From contig JAKAXE010000001.1 in assembly GCA_021816695.1 (NCBI GenBank), positions 67,344-131,343 on the forward strand: DNA of 64,000 nt, read 5' to 3'. Position numbers and translations under genes: made by a program. Each line of letters begins with the position of its first letter. The first letter of the stretch is position 1. This document shows positions 1 through 9,280 of this stretch, piece after piece. The notes under the pieces are model-generated. The model did not search any database. It had not been told where the DNA came from and saw only the letters and a program-made list of their open reading frames with translations. The DNA is from a bacterium. Its GTDB lineage: Bacteria; Chloroflexota; Dormibacteria; Aeolococcales; Bog-877.

Positions 1-290
1 CGGTCCCGATAACGGACTCGGAGCCAGATGCGCTCCTGGGTGCTCTCCTCCAGCACCTCGGCCTGCAGCCCCTCCCGGAACGGACTCACCTGGATGCCAG
101 CCATCTGGTAGGCGTGAAAGCGCGCCTGGACCTCGCTCAGGGCGTCCCCGGCGAGGGCCAGGCCCAGTCGGGCCAGGTTGCCGGTGGCGGCGGCCTCGTC
201 CACGATGGCCAGGGCGCGCTGCAGCTCGGCGCGGGCGCGCTCGGCCAGTTGGGGTGATGTCGGCCGCCGTCGGAGAGGATTGCTGGGCAT
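1..290 (-). CDS. Partial CDS (N-terminal ~96 aa) of a hypothetical protein; continues beyond window start
   Basis: ATG at 290-288 on minus strand opens a frame (MPSNPLRRRPTSPQLAERARAELQ...) that runs off the 5' edge. No recognisable motif. Confidence 0.3.
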   Translation of the reverse strand, partial: MPSNPLRRRPTSPQLAERARAELQRALAIVDEAAATGNLARLGLALAGDALSEVQARFHAYQMAGIQVSPFREGLQAEVLEESTQERIWLRVRYRD

Positions 291-297
291 GACTTCC

Positions 298-924
298 TCA
301 GCGCCGGCGGGGACGCAGCGGCCTCAGCACGTCGGTTGGCTCGTACGCGGTTTGCGGCGGTCCTCCCGCGTCTATGACCTGGGGTGCGCCCGGCGCCGGA
401 GTGGGATCGAGGGAGACCGGTGGCGGAGGTACCTGCACCGGGGTCTCCGCGGCCCAGTCATAGGTGGGCGCGGGGGGAGGCGGTCCGGCCGGGCTCGGTG
501 GGCGCGGGGCGGTGGGGGCTGCTTCGACCACCGCCGTGAGCCCTCGTGGAGCCGGAAGAGGCGGCCCCGACCGGCCCAGGAGCATGGCCGGAAGCGTCTC
601 GAGGGCCGGCAAGACGATCATCCCCACCGCCTCCGCCATCCAGCGGACGGTTTCCTCTGGCCACGCGGAGCCCTCAGGGATGACGAAGCAGCGTGAGGGG
701 GAGAGCCGTGAGAGCTGGCCGAGAAGGGCGAACCCAGGGAGGGCGGAGCACACCAGGGAATCCGGGCCGGAGCCCGAGTCCAGGAGAGAGCGGACGGCCT
801 CCACTGAGGTGACCGGATCCTCAAGCTCGGCCTCGGAGTCGGGTCCGAGGACTTCGAAGTTGGGCAGCAGCCGACGCACCCGCTCGGCGAGCTCTGAGCT
901 CCCCACCACCACGACCTGCCCCAT
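298..924 (-). CDS. Hypothetical protein with a Pro-rich C-terminal half
   Basis: 208-aa ORF. N-terminal region has ordinary composition (MGQVVVVGSSELAERVRRLL...). C-terminus is a PAPTAPRPPSPAGPPPP low-complexity stretch. No catalytic motif recognised. Confidence 0.35.
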   Translation of the reverse strand: MGQVVVVGSSELAERVRRLLPNFEVLGPDSEAELEDPVTSVEAVRSLLDSGSGPDSLVCSALPGFALLGQLSRLSPSRCFVIPEGSAWPEETVRWMAEAVGMIVLPALETLPAMLLGRSGPPLPAPRGLTAVVEAAPTAPRPPSPAGPPPPAPTYDWAAETPVQVPPPPVSLDPTPAPGAPQVIDAGGPPQTAYEPTDVLRPLRPRRR

Positions 925-955
925 CAGACCTGGTCCGTTCTGTTCGCCCGGTGCC

Positions 956-2083
956 TCAGGGGATCACCTCCAGATGCACCGTCGCACGATCGAAGGCGGC
1001 CTCGTCGACCACCACCCCGAGTCCGGGCCCCGTCGGGACCGGTAGAGTCCCGTGGGGGGAGAGGCGGAAGGGGGTCTCCAGGATGTCCTGGTGGTAGTAG
1101 CGGTCGCTGGCTGAAGTGTCCCCGGGCAGGGTGAAGCCGGGGAGCGAGGCCAGCGCCAGGTTGGCCGCCCGCCCGATGCCGGTCTCCAGCATCCCTCCGC
1201 ACCACACCGGCCAGCCCTCGGCAAGGCAGGCGTCGTGGATGGCCAGAGCGGGGATCAGTCCGGCCACCCGCCCCGCCTTGATGTTGAGGATCCTCCCGGA
1301 ACCCAGGCGAAACGCCGCCCGGAGGTCCGCCATCGACTCCACGCTCTCGTCCAGGCAGATCGGCGTCTCCATCTGGGCTTGCAGCTCCGCATGGTCCACC
1401 AGGTCGTCGTGCGCCAGCGGCTGCTCGATCATCATGAGTTCGAAGCGGTCCAGCTGGCGGAGCCGCTCGAGGTCGGAAAGGGTGTAGGCGCTGTTGGCAT
1501 CCAGCATCAGAGCAGTGGCGGGGAAGGCCCGCCGAACCTCGGCCGCCAGCTCGAGGTCGTATCCCGGCTTGCACTTGAGCTTGATGCGCCGGTACCCCTC
1601 GGCCAGGTACCCCTCGATCATCGCCAGGGTGGCCGGAAGGGACGGCTGGATGCCGATGCTGACCCCGCTGGGGATCTCCTCCTTGGTCCCTCCCAGGATG
1701 GCCGCCAGGCTCATGCCGGTCATCTGTCCTGCCAGGTCGAGGATGGCCATCTCCGCTGCCGCCTTGGCCATGTTGTGCCCCCGTACCCAGCTCCAGCGGG
1801 CGGCCAGCTGGACCGGGGTGGAGGGCTCGGCACCGACCACGGCGGGGAGGATGTAGCTGCGCAACGCCTCCAGGGAGGTCTCCCGGGTCTCGTACGAGTA
1901 CCCCGGCTCCACCCCCGCGGCGCACTCCCCCAAACCGCGCAGCCCCTCCCCGTACACCTCCACCAGCACCGCCTCCCTGCGAGTTTGCGTGCCGAAGCTG
2001 GTCGTGAACGGTGAGACCAGGGGGAGTGCGACCACCCGCAGGCGCGCGCCCTCCAGGCGCAGGGGTGGGAGCTCAGCGATCAC
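956..2083 (-). CDS. Enolase-superfamily MR/MLE enzyme: o-succinylbenzoate synthase / N-succinylamino-acid racemase (OSBS/NSAR) family
   Basis: KxK motif (RIKLKCKPG) is followed by LDAN, IEQP, LDES and NIKAGRVGG, the canonical OSBS/NSAR metal-ligand and base positions. Start is probably the GTG at 2083-2081, which forms a GTGA overlap with the upstream M20 stop. Confidence 0.8.
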   Translation of the reverse strand: MIAELPPLRLEGARLRVVALPLVSPFTTSFGTQTRREAVLVEVYGEGLRGLGECAAGVEPGYSYETRETSLEALRSYILPAVVGAEPSTPVQLAARWSWVRGHNMAKAAAEMAILDLAGQMTGMSLAAILGGTKEEIPSGVSIGIQPSLPATLAMIEGYLAEGYRRIKLKCKPGYDLELAAEVRRAFPATALMLDANSAYTLSDLERLRQLDRFELMMIEQPLAHDDLVDHAELQAQMETPICLDESVESMADLRAAFRLGSGRILNIKAGRVAGLIPALAIHDACLAEGWPVWCGGMLETGIGRAANLALASLPGFTLPGDTSASDRYYHQDILETPFRLSPHGTLPVPTGPGLGVVVDEAAFDRATVHLEVIP

Positions 2084-3252
2084 GAGCTCACCCGAGAGGC
2101 GCCCAGCTGCCACACACAGCCGGCGACCAGGGCAGCCCGCTCGGGGAGCGACCCGAGGTCAGCCCATTCTCCCGGGGCGTGAGCTGAGCCTCCCACGACT
2201 CCGAGCCCATCAAGAGTCCGGACTCCGAGGTCAGCGGTGAAGTTCCCATCGCTTCCGCCTCCCACCGTGACCCCCTGGATCGGAGGCAAGCCGAGCCAGC
2301 TGCCGACCTCCCGGGCCATGGCGAAGAGGCCAGCTGCGGCGGAGGTCTCCAGGGGTGGGCGGTTCGGGCCCCCGCCCAGCTCGAGGGTGGCATCCGGGTG
2401 TCTGGGCCTCAACAGGCGCAGCCCCCGGTCGACCCGCGTGGCCTCCGCTGAGGTGGCGAAGCGGACGTCCACATCCAGCTCAGCCAGCTCCGGCACCACG
2501 TTGACCCGTCCCCCGCCCCGGAACACCGTGGGGGTGACAGTGGTCCCCACCCCCGCGTCGCCGAGGTCCCCCACCGCGTCCACCAACCGCGCCAGCTCCG
2601 CCACCGCATTGACTCCCAGCTCCGGCTCCAATCCCGCGTGCGCCGCTCGGCCATGGAGCCTGAGGCGGTACGTCCCCACCCCCTTCCGGCCGACCTTGAG
2701 GGCGCCCTCGGCCGGAGGCTCGAGGACCAGCACCGCGCTGGTCTCCCGGGCGGCCTGTTCGATCGTCGGCCTGGAGGCCGTGCTTCCCACCTCCTCGTCA
2801 CCGGTGCAGAGCAAGGTCACCTTCCCCGGGGCCTTCCCGTGCTCCGCCACGGTGGCCATCGCCGCTAGCCCCACGACCACTCCCCCCTTCATGTCGAACA
2901 CCCCCGGCCCAGTCATCCGCCGGCCTTCCCTACGCAGCCCGCCGGGGAATGCCCCCACCTCCCAGACGGTGTCCAGGTGGCAGAGGAGGAGCACCGCCGC
3001 GCTGGGGTCCCCCTCCAGGGTCAGGCTCAGTTCGGGCACGCCGCCCCGCACCTCTCGGGAGACCCTCACCCCGGGAACCCAGCGGCTCGCCAGCTCGGAG
3101 ACGAGATCCCCGCATCGGCTGATGGCTCCCGGGTCACCGCTCGGGGATTCCAGTGCCACCAACTGGCCCACGGCATCCGCCCACATCTCACTGCGCTCGT
3201 TCAGCCATGAGCGGAGGCGCGCGGGCGGCAGCGGAGCTTGGATCTGGGTCAC
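2080..3252 (-). CDS. M20-family metallopeptidase / amidohydrolase (ArgE/DapE/aminoacylase-like; candidate N-acyl- or N-succinyl-amino-acid deacylase)
   Basis: Carries HLDTV, the GDEEVGS metal-binding motif and a C-terminal dimerisation region typical of M20 peptidases. Confidence 0.8.
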   Translation of the reverse strand: MTQIQAPLPPARLRSWLNERSEMWADAVGQLVALESPSGDPGAISRCGDLVSELASRWVPGVRVSREVRGGVPELSLTLEGDPSAAVLLLCHLDTVWEVGAFPGGLRREGRRMTGPGVFDMKGGVVVGLAAMATVAEHGKAPGKVTLLCTGDEEVGSTASRPTIEQAARETSAVLVLEPPAEGALKVGRKGVGTYRLRLHGRAAHAGLEPELGVNAVAELARLVDAVGDLGDAGVGTTVTPTVFRGGGRVNVVPELAELDVDVRFATSAEATRVDRGLRLLRPRHPDATLELGGGPNRPPLETSAAAGLFAMAREVGSWLGLPPIQGVTVGGGSDGNFTADLGVRTLDGLGVVGGSAHAPGEWADLGSLPERAALVAGCVWQLGASRVSS

Positions 3253-3494
3253 GGCCCGATTCTATGCCCGGGCGGTCTCCTCAGCGCCCCTGCCGCTCGC
3301 CGGCAGCACCAGGTCCCGGAGAGGGCGCGGCTCCCGGCTCGACCAGGGTCGCCACAGGCCGCTCCGGTTGCGGAGGCGGATGGCCGAACAGGGCTCCCAC
3401 CAGGATCATCAGGCCAGCCGCCTCAGAGCGGAGTCGGGACCCCCGCCAGCTCGCGCTGAGCAGCCAGCGCGCCAGCAGGCCTGAGATCACCGGG

Positions 3495-4160
3495 CTACTT
3501 GCAGACCCACTCCGACGACTCCCCGATGGAGAACATCTTGGCGGCGATGTCGGCCTGCTGGGTGGGGTTCCAGATGTCCGTGCCTCCGTGGCCGTAGAAG
3601 GTGGCGGGCATGAACTGGAAGAGGCCGCTGGCCCCGGAGTACCGATTGACGTCCGTGGGGTCAAGGCCGGACTCGCACTGTGCCACCCCGAGCAGCCAGG
3701 TGTAGGACACGTTGTACTTCTGGGCGGCGGCCCAGATGATCTGCTTGATGGTCCCGATGGGCGGCTCCGGCACCGGCTGCCAGAAGGCATTGCCATAGGG
3801 GAGGGATGGTTGGGGCGGCGGCGGCGGGGTCACCTTGGTCACGGACAGCGGCATCGTGATCTGGTAACCGGTGCTGCTGAGGAGGTTGCGGCCCTGGCCC
3901 GCGACCTGGGCCACCAGCGCCGGGGCGGGGGATTGGGGGCCGACCGCCTCTCCGGTGCTGAGCGCTCCCAGCACTGGGGCCAGCGCCGCCAGGCAGAGGG
4001 CGGCCGCTCCCCACCGCAGCCTCGAGGCCAGCCGGGGCCAAGCTCGGCGCTGCGCCGGCGCCGACGGCGCCAGCGTCAGCTCAAGCGGGGCCGTATATGA
4101 AACCCAGGTACCCTGCGCCATCCTGTATCCATCTGTAGTCGACTCGATCCCACCCGCCAC
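3495..4160 (-). CDS. Secreted lytic transglycosylase (SLT domain)
   Basis: Has the VAQCESGLDPTDVNRYSGASGLFQFMPATF SLT signature and an N-terminal signal-like segment (RLRWGAAALCLAALAPVLGALS). The true start is probably internal, because the ORF overlaps the upstream CHAP gene. Confidence 0.7.
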   Translation of the reverse strand: MAGGIESTTDGYRMAQGTWVSYTAPLELTLAPSAPAQRRAWPRLASRLRWGAAALCLAALAPVLGALSTGEAVGPQSPAPALVAQVAGQGRNLLSSTGYQITMPLSVTKVTPPPPPQPSLPYGNAFWQPVPEPPIGTIKQIIWAAAQKYNVSYTWLLGVAQCESGLDPTDVNRYSGASGLFQFMPATFYGHGGTDIWNPTQQADIAAKMFSIGESSEWVCK

Positions 4161-5049
4161 CCGGGACGCCGTAGAAGTTCATCTCCGAGACCTCGAAGGA
4201 ACCGGGCTTGACCGCCACCACGTAGGCCACGTGACCGTAGCCCCAGCTCTCGCCCGGAACGTCGATGCCCCACACCACGATCGACCCCACCTCGGGGGTC
4301 TGGCCCTCGGCATATCCCGCCGCCGCGGCGTTGGCCCACCACTGGTAGGCGTTGCCACCCCAGGTAACCTTGCGCTGGCTGGCGACCCACCAGGTGCAGT
4401 CGCCGAAGGCGAAGGACCAGCTCCCGGTGCCGACGGCCGGCTGGGGGGTGGTCAGCTCGGCCAGGAGCTGCTGGGAGCGCTGACCCAACTGCGCCTGGGC
4501 GACCATCGACTGGCTCTCGTCAGCCCGCAGTTGCGCGGTGGCGGCAGCCACAACCTGCTGGTCGTGCTTGATTGTCCCCACCAGCTGGGCGACCTGGGAG
4601 GCCACCGCCGACGGGAGGGCGGTGCTGGCCAGGAACTGGGCCAGGTTGGGCGCGGCCAGCGCCTCCGCCACCTGCTGGCTGCCGCTGCCGTCCACGTAGG
4701 CAGTGGACACCAGGTTGGTCAGCGCGACCTGATCTCCCGCCATCTGGCGCTGGAGCGTCGCTGAGGTCGCCTGGTCCGCAGCCAGCTTGGCGTTCAGCTG
4801 CTTCAAATAGCTCTGCTCCGACTCAATCTGGGTCAGGAGCGCCATCACCTGGCTCTGAGACGCCAGGTCGCCCTGGGCTCGGAGCTGGTTCAGAAGCTGG
4901 GTCAGTTGGGCCTGGTCACCGGCGAGTCCCTGCTGGGCGCTGGTGTTCGGACCTGGCCCCAGCACAGCGGAGATCCAGACCAACCCGGCCATCGCCACAG
5001 CAATCGAGACGCGCCCAATGGCTTGGGCTCCGCGCATACGTCCTCCCAC
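4081..5049 (-). CDS. Secreted CHAP-domain peptidoglycan hydrolase with N-terminal coiled-coil region
   Basis: Signal/TM (VSIAVAMAGLVWISAVLG) is followed by a Q/A/L-rich heptad-like region. C-terminal CHAP features are GDCTWWVA...GHVAYVV...LGFIYGP. Confidence 0.75.
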   Translation of the reverse strand: MGGRMRGAQAIGRVSIAVAMAGLVWISAVLGPGPNTSAQQGLAGDQAQLTQLLNQLRAQGDLASQSQVMALLTQIESEQSYLKQLNAKLAADQATSATLQRQMAGDQVALTNLVSTAYVDGSGSQQVAEALAAPNLAQFLASTALPSAVASQVAQLVGTIKHDQQVVAAATAQLRADESQSMVAQAQLGQRSQQLLAELTTPQPAVGTGSWSFAFGDCTWWVASQRKVTWGGNAYQWWANAAAAGYAEGQTPEVGSIVVWGIDVPGESWGYGHVAYVVAVKPGSFEVSEMNFYGVPGGGWDRVDYRWIQDGAGYLGFIYGPA

Positions 5050-5099
5050 ATAGCGCGTGCGTTACGGGGGGGCAAGTTAACCGATAGGTCCCGCCGCGG

Positions 5100-6155
5100 T
5101 CAAGTTGGCAGGCGGTGGCCATCCGGCCCGCGGAAATCGTGGACGAGTTCCACCAGCCGCTGGAGCTGGGACGGCTCGGTGTTGGGGAGGACGCCGTGGC
5201 CCAGGTTGAACACGTGGCCCTGACGCCCCCGCGCACGGGCCAGGACATCCTCGGCCAGCGGCCGGAGGCGCTCCCAGGGGGCCAGCAACGCTGCCGGGTC
5301 CAGGTTGCCCTGCAGGAAGTGCTCCGCACCAACCGTGTCCCAGGCGGTGTCCAGGGGCACCCTCCAGTCGACGGAGATCCCGGCGGCCCCCAGGGCGGAG
5401 AAGGCGGGGAGCAGGTGGCTGGAGGCGGTGGAGAAGTAGATGGCGGGCACCTTTCCCCGGAGCCGGCCGAAGAGGCCTTGCAGGTGGGGAAGGAGGTGCT
5501 CCCGGAACGACCTTTCGTCGAGGACGCCAACCCAGCTGTCGAAGACCTGCACGACCTCGCAGCCGGCCTCGGCCTGGGCGACCAGGTAGTCGCCGAGGTG
5601 GTCTGTGAGGGTGGCCAGCAGCTGCGCGAACACCGCGGGGTCCGTGCGCAGGAGCCCGCGGAGCGCCGGGTAGTCCCGGCTGCCATGGCCCTCGACCAGG
5701 TAGCAGGCCAGGGTGAACGGTGAGGGCCCGAACCCGATCAGGCCGGCCCGCTCTCCGAGCCGCTCGCGGGCGATGCGGATGCCCTGCAGTAGGAAGGGGT
5801 AGGCCTCCTCGGCGGCGGGGCGGCGCAGCCCCCGCACCTGCTCGGCGCTGCGGATGGGGTCATCGACCCAGGGTCCCACCTCCTCGCGAAGCTCGAAGGG
5901 CACTCCCATCCCCTCCAGGGGAAGCATGATGTCGGCGAAGAGCACGGCAGCGTCGACGCCCAGGAGCTCCACGGGCATGCAGGTGACCTCGGCGCAGAGC
6001 TCGGGCTGGTGCACCATCTCCATCAGCCCCCAGCGCCGCCGGAGCTCTCGGTAAGGGGGCAGGGACCGGCCAGCCTGGCGCATGAACCAGACCGGCGTGG
6101 CGTCGACCTGCTGGCGCTGTACGGCGGCCAGCAGCCGTGCCCGTCCGCCCCTCAC
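5100..6155 (-). CDS. hemE: Uroporphyrinogen decarboxylase
   Basis: Has the N-terminal PVWFMRQAGRSLPPYRE UroD signature and full-length similarity. Start is probably the in-frame GTG (MRGGRARLLAAVQRQQVDATPVW...); the ORF track extends to a TTG at 6194. Confidence 0.9.
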   Translation of the reverse strand: MRGGRARLLAAVQRQQVDATPVWFMRQAGRSLPPYRELRRRWGLMEMVHQPELCAEVTCMPVELLGVDAAVLFADIMLPLEGMGVPFELREEVGPWVDDPIRSAEQVRGLRRPAAEEAYPFLLQGIRIARERLGERAGLIGFGPSPFTLACYLVEGHGSRDYPALRGLLRTDPAVFAQLLATLTDHLGDYLVAQAEAGCEVVQVFDSWVGVLDERSFREHLLPHLQGLFGRLRGKVPAIYFSTASSHLLPAFSALGAAGISVDWRVPLDTAWDTVGAEHFLQGNLDPAALLAPWERLRPLAEDVLARARGRQGHVFNLGHGVLPNTEPSQLQRLVELVHDFRGPDGHRLPT

Positions 6156-6187
6156 CGCTCGCCCATTTGGTCCACCATCATGGGAGC

Positions 6188-7054
6188 ATGCCAAATCGGA
6201 GCGGGTCTCTGAGCGGCTGGGTCGCCGCCGCCCACCTGGGTCCCTCTCTGGCCTGCACCGCGTTCACCGCCCTCTCCGGATGGGCGGCCGCCCGCGCGCA
6301 GGGCGGCCGCGGGTCCCGCACCGCGGCGTTCCTGGCGTCCCTGGCGATGGCCCTGGCCCAGGTGAGCACCGGCTCGCTCAACGACGTTGCCGATCATCGG
6401 GCGGATTTGATCCACCAGCCTTATAAACCAATCCCCCGCGGCCAGGTGACGCGGCCGAGGGTCCTGGTCTTTGCCCTCGGCACCGGGGCCGGCTCGCTCC
6501 TCGTTGCCGCGCTGGCCGGACGCCGGGCGCTCAGGGTCATGGCCCTGGGGCTGGCTAGCGGCTGGACCTACGACCTCTGGCTGCGGCGCACCCCACTCTC
6601 CTGGGCTCCGTTTGCGGTCGGCATCGGGACGGTGCCGCTGCTGGGACCGGCGGCGCTGGGTTTGCCGCCCGTCCGCCCCCGCCTGCTGATGGCGATGGCG
6701 AGCCTTTTGGGGCTTGCGCTGCACCTCGCCAACGGCGGGCCGGATGCCGCCCGCGACCGGGCCGCCGGGCGTAGGAGCCTTCCCGTGCTCCTCGGGGTGC
6801 GCCGGAGTCGGCTTGGGGCTCACGCCACCCTGACCGGAGCGGCGGCGCTGAGCGTGTTGAGTTCGCCGGGTGCGGCCCGCGGATGGGCGCTACGGGGTGC
6901 GGGGGCCGGGCTGGGACTGCTCTCCGTCGACCGTGTCCTTTTGGAAGCCGAGCGCCGTCCGGGCCAGTACCCGTTCGTGCTCCCGGTCCTGGCGGCGGGG
7001 GCGATCGCGGGTGGCTGGCTGGTCGGCGCCGCGGGCACGGGAGCCGGTCGGTGA
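6188..7054 (+). CDS. UbiA-family aromatic/heme prenyltransferase (polytopic membrane)
   Basis: NDVADHRAD (NDxxDxxxD) is followed by KPIPRGQVT, with multiple TM helices. ATG at 6188; the track ORF begins at 6137. Confidence 0.75.
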   Translation: MPNRSGSLSGWVAAAHLGPSLACTAFTALSGWAAARAQGGRGSRTAAFLASLAMALAQVSTGSLNDVADHRADLIHQPYKPIPRGQVTRPRVLVFALGTGAGSLLVAALAGRRALRVMALGLASGWTYDLWLRRTPLSWAPFAVGIGTVPLLGPAALGLPPVRPRLLMAMASLLGLALHLANGGPDAARDRAAGRRSLPVLLGVRRSRLGAHATLTGAAALSVLSSPGAARGWALRGAGAGLGLLSVDRVLLEAERRPGQYPFVLPVLAAGAIAGGWLVGAAGTGAGR

Positions 7055-7620
7055 CCGGGCAGCCGGTGACCGGCACCGAGGTGCGGCTGCGCCCTTCGCC
7101 CCGAGAGCGCTGGCGGGCCGCCTGGAGTGCCGCGCGGGTCCTGGCGCTCCTGCTGATCCCCGTCGGGGTGGTCCTCGCCCTCCTGACCGGGAGCTGGGGC
7201 TGGCTCCTGGTTCTGGAGATGTGGGCGGTGCTTTCGGCTGTCCTCTCGTACGTGGGCCAGGGTCAGAACGCGGTCTACGTGGGCGAACTGGGGGTTCGGA
7301 GGATCACCAAGGGCTGCAGCGTGACCGCCACCTGGGCGGGCCTGGACGGGATCGAGGTGACCATCCCCGGCCAGCGGATCGTGGTCTTCCAAATCAACAG
7401 CAGCGACTACCGCATCGAGCGATCCGGCTGGGGCAGCCGGCGCAACCTGGAGGCCTTGCGGCGCAACCCCCCCGACGGCATCAAGCTGCGCCTGGACCGC
7501 CGGACCGCCGACACCCTGGTCACCATGGTCCGCGAGCACCGCCCTGACCTCTCAGGGGTCTCCGACTGGGATCGGACCAGCCGGCCCAGCGGTGGCGTCC
7601 AGCCGACTTCGGGGGCCTAG
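7051..7620 (+). CDS. Membrane-anchored bacterial PH-domain-like protein (hypothetical)
   Basis: GTG start at 7051 overlaps the UbiA stop (GTGA). Two TM helices (VLALLLIPVGVVLALL, LLVLEMWAVLSAVL) precede a soluble domain (ITKGCSVTATWAGLDGIEVTIPGQRIVVFQI). The track ORF 6883-7620 is over-extended upstream. Confidence 0.45.
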   Translation: MTGQPVTGTEVRLRPSPRERWRAAWSAARVLALLLIPVGVVLALLTGSWGWLLVLEMWAVLSAVLSYVGQGQNAVYVGELGVRRITKGCSVTATWAGLDGIEVTIPGQRIVVFQINSSDYRIERSGWGSRRNLEALRRNPPDGIKLRLDRRTADTLVTMVREHRPDLSGVSDWDRTSRPSGGVQPTSGA

Positions 7621-7853
7621 TCCGGGCCGTCCCGCAGCATCCCCCGAAGTATCGCCCGGGCCTCGGCCCTCTCGCTCTCCAAGAGCGCCAGCAGCTGCTG
7701 ACCGCCATCCAGAAGGGTCTCGGCCTGGCGGAGCAGCTCGGGACTCTGCGCTCCCTGGAGGCGGCTGTGCAGCCGCTCCAGTCGGCGGAGAATCGATCTC
7801 GCCTCGCTGGTGGCAGCATCCAGCTCCCGGAGGTCGCTCAGAGAGCCAGCCAT
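7617..7853 (-). CDS. Small hypothetical coiled-coil protein (78 aa)
   Basis: Ordinary composition with helical heptad-like pattern. Convergent 4-nt overlap with the preceding gene. No motif. Confidence 0.3.
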   Translation of the reverse strand: MAGSLSDLRELDAATSEARSILRRLERLHSRLQGAQSPELLRQAETLLDGGQQLLALLESERAEARAILRGMLRDGPD

Positions 7854-8007
7854 CGTCTGCCGTCCCCCACCGTGCCTGGCATGCGCGCCCTCGCAACCGA
7901 ACGTCCCGATCCATACCGGGGACCCGCCGAGGCTTGGCGTCCCCTATCCGCAGGCGGCAGCGTCCTCAGCCTCGTGGTTCCTCGGGCGCGGCCCCGCGGG
8001 CCGGCTC

Positions 8008-9261
8008 TCACGTTGACGCCTGGCCGCCGGCGGACCAGCGGCTCGGACCACGTCCAACACACGGAATCAGAAGCAGCCCAGCTCCCACGTACGAGCCGGC
8101 CATCACCCCGAAGCCGGCGGCGAAGCCGAGGTGCTGGATGATCTGGCCGATAGCCACGATCCAGAGCGACCCGACGCCGTACGAGAGCGCGAAGTAGTAG
8201 CCGAACATCCCGGCCTGGGCCGAGGTGGCGATGCTGTCGCTGACCAGGGCCTGGAGCAGCGGGTTCTCCACGTACGCCACCAGCCCGACGAGCAGAGCCA
8301 GCACCGCCAGGCCGGCGAGCGGCAGAGAGGAAGCCAGGCCGAAGGCCAGGACCGCGACCGCCGAAAGGGCGTAGGCGCCCCACAGCACCGGGATGCGTCC
8401 GAGCCGGTCCGAGAGCGGCCCGCCCAGGATCGGTCCCAGGACCGCCCCCACGAGGACCACATTGAAGATCACCCCCACCGTGGCCTCCGGGAGGTGGACC
8501 CCGTTGCGCAGGTAGAGGGGGATGAAGGCGTTGAGCGTCCCCAGCCCACGACCACCGGCAGCGACCGTGGCCGCAGCCACCCCGAAGATCGCCACCCGGG
8601 GGTTGACCAGCTGGTCACGCCGGATCCGCGGCAGGTGGGGACGCAGGCTCGGTCGGGGGACACCCTTGCCGCGGTCGCCGGGGACGGGAGGGAAGGTGAG
8701 GAGCAAGACGAGACCGAGAAGGAAGAGCGGAATGGCAAGGATGAGGAGGGTTGGCCTCCAACCCAGATCGGCGATCAGCAGGGCTGCCGGAATGGGGATT
8801 ATCAGCGAACCCACGCTCCCCCCGATGGTGGCCACGCTGAGGGCGGTTCCCCGTCGCTCGGGGTACACCCGGGCCGCCACCGAACTACCCACCGGGTGCT
8901 GCTGGCTCGATCCCAAAAGGGCCAGCCCCTGACCCGTCGCAAAGACGGGGTAGGTGGGCGCCACCGCGCCGAGGATGGCGCAGAGCCCCACCACGAGGTT
9001 CTGGCACCCGAGGATCCAGCGCGCGGCCACCCGCTGGCCGACGTACCCGGCACTGGCCTGGGTGAGGCCGCCCACCACCCCGATCACCCCTACGGCCAGC
9101 CCCAGGGTGGCGTAGTTGAGGTGGAAGTCGACCAGGATCGCCGGGTAGGTCAGCGGCAGGAGGCCCGAGTACATGTGCTGGCCGGCGTGCGAGGTCGCCA
9201 CGAGGCCGAGCGCGCGCCGCCGCGCCCGCCTGCCCGCGCCGAGTTCCGCGGCCGCCTCCAC
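8008..9261 (-). CDS. MFS transporter
   Basis: 12-TM pattern with an MFS-like N-terminus (RRALGLVATSHAGQHMYSGLLPL). The track ORF runs to 9381 through an Arg-rich read-through; true start is more likely near 9261 (GTG) or the ATG at 9174. Confidence 0.75.
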   Translation of the reverse strand: MEAAAELGAGRRARRRALGLVATSHAGQHMYSGLLPLTYPAILVDFHLNYATLGLAVGVIGVVGGLTQASAGYVGQRVAARWILGCQNLVVGLCAILGAVAPTYPVFATGQGLALLGSSQQHPVGSSVAARVYPERRGTALSVATIGGSVGSLIIPIPAALLIADLGWRPTLLILAIPLFLLGLVLLLTFPPVPGDRGKGVPRPSLRPHLPRIRRDQLVNPRVAIFGVAAATVAAGGRGLGTLNAFIPLYLRNGVHLPEATVGVIFNVVLVGAVLGPILGGPLSDRLGRIPVLWGAYALSAVAVLAFGLASSLPLAGLAVLALLVGLVAYVENPLLQALVSDSIATSAQAGMFGYYFALSYGVGSLWIVAIGQIIQHLGFAAGFGVMAGSYVGAGLLLIPCVGRGPSRWSAGGQAST

Positions 9262-9280
9262 GCTTGCAGCATACGGAGCG

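Noticed and set aside
178-696. 172-aa plus-strand ORF and similar long ORFs throughout the track (924-1925 -, 1235-2014 +, 2237-3484 +, 3153-4100 +, 10724-11671 -, 10889-11878 +, 17684-19177 +, 22657-24048 +, 29539-30615 -, 36330-38327 +, 41577-43163 -, 50272-51504 -, 60354-61574 -, 60646-61893 -)
   Set aside because: Arg/Pro/Gly/Ala-dominated low-complexity translations. They lie antisense to, or in alternative frames of, genes with clear family signatures. This is typical of open frames generated by very high GC content.
5060-5095. CAAGTTAAC sequences resembling a SoxR-box half-site between the CHAP gene and hemE
   Set aside because: Only a half-site without the inverted partner or promoter geometry, so likely coincidental. 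The convincing SoxR-type dyad is at 19995-20008.
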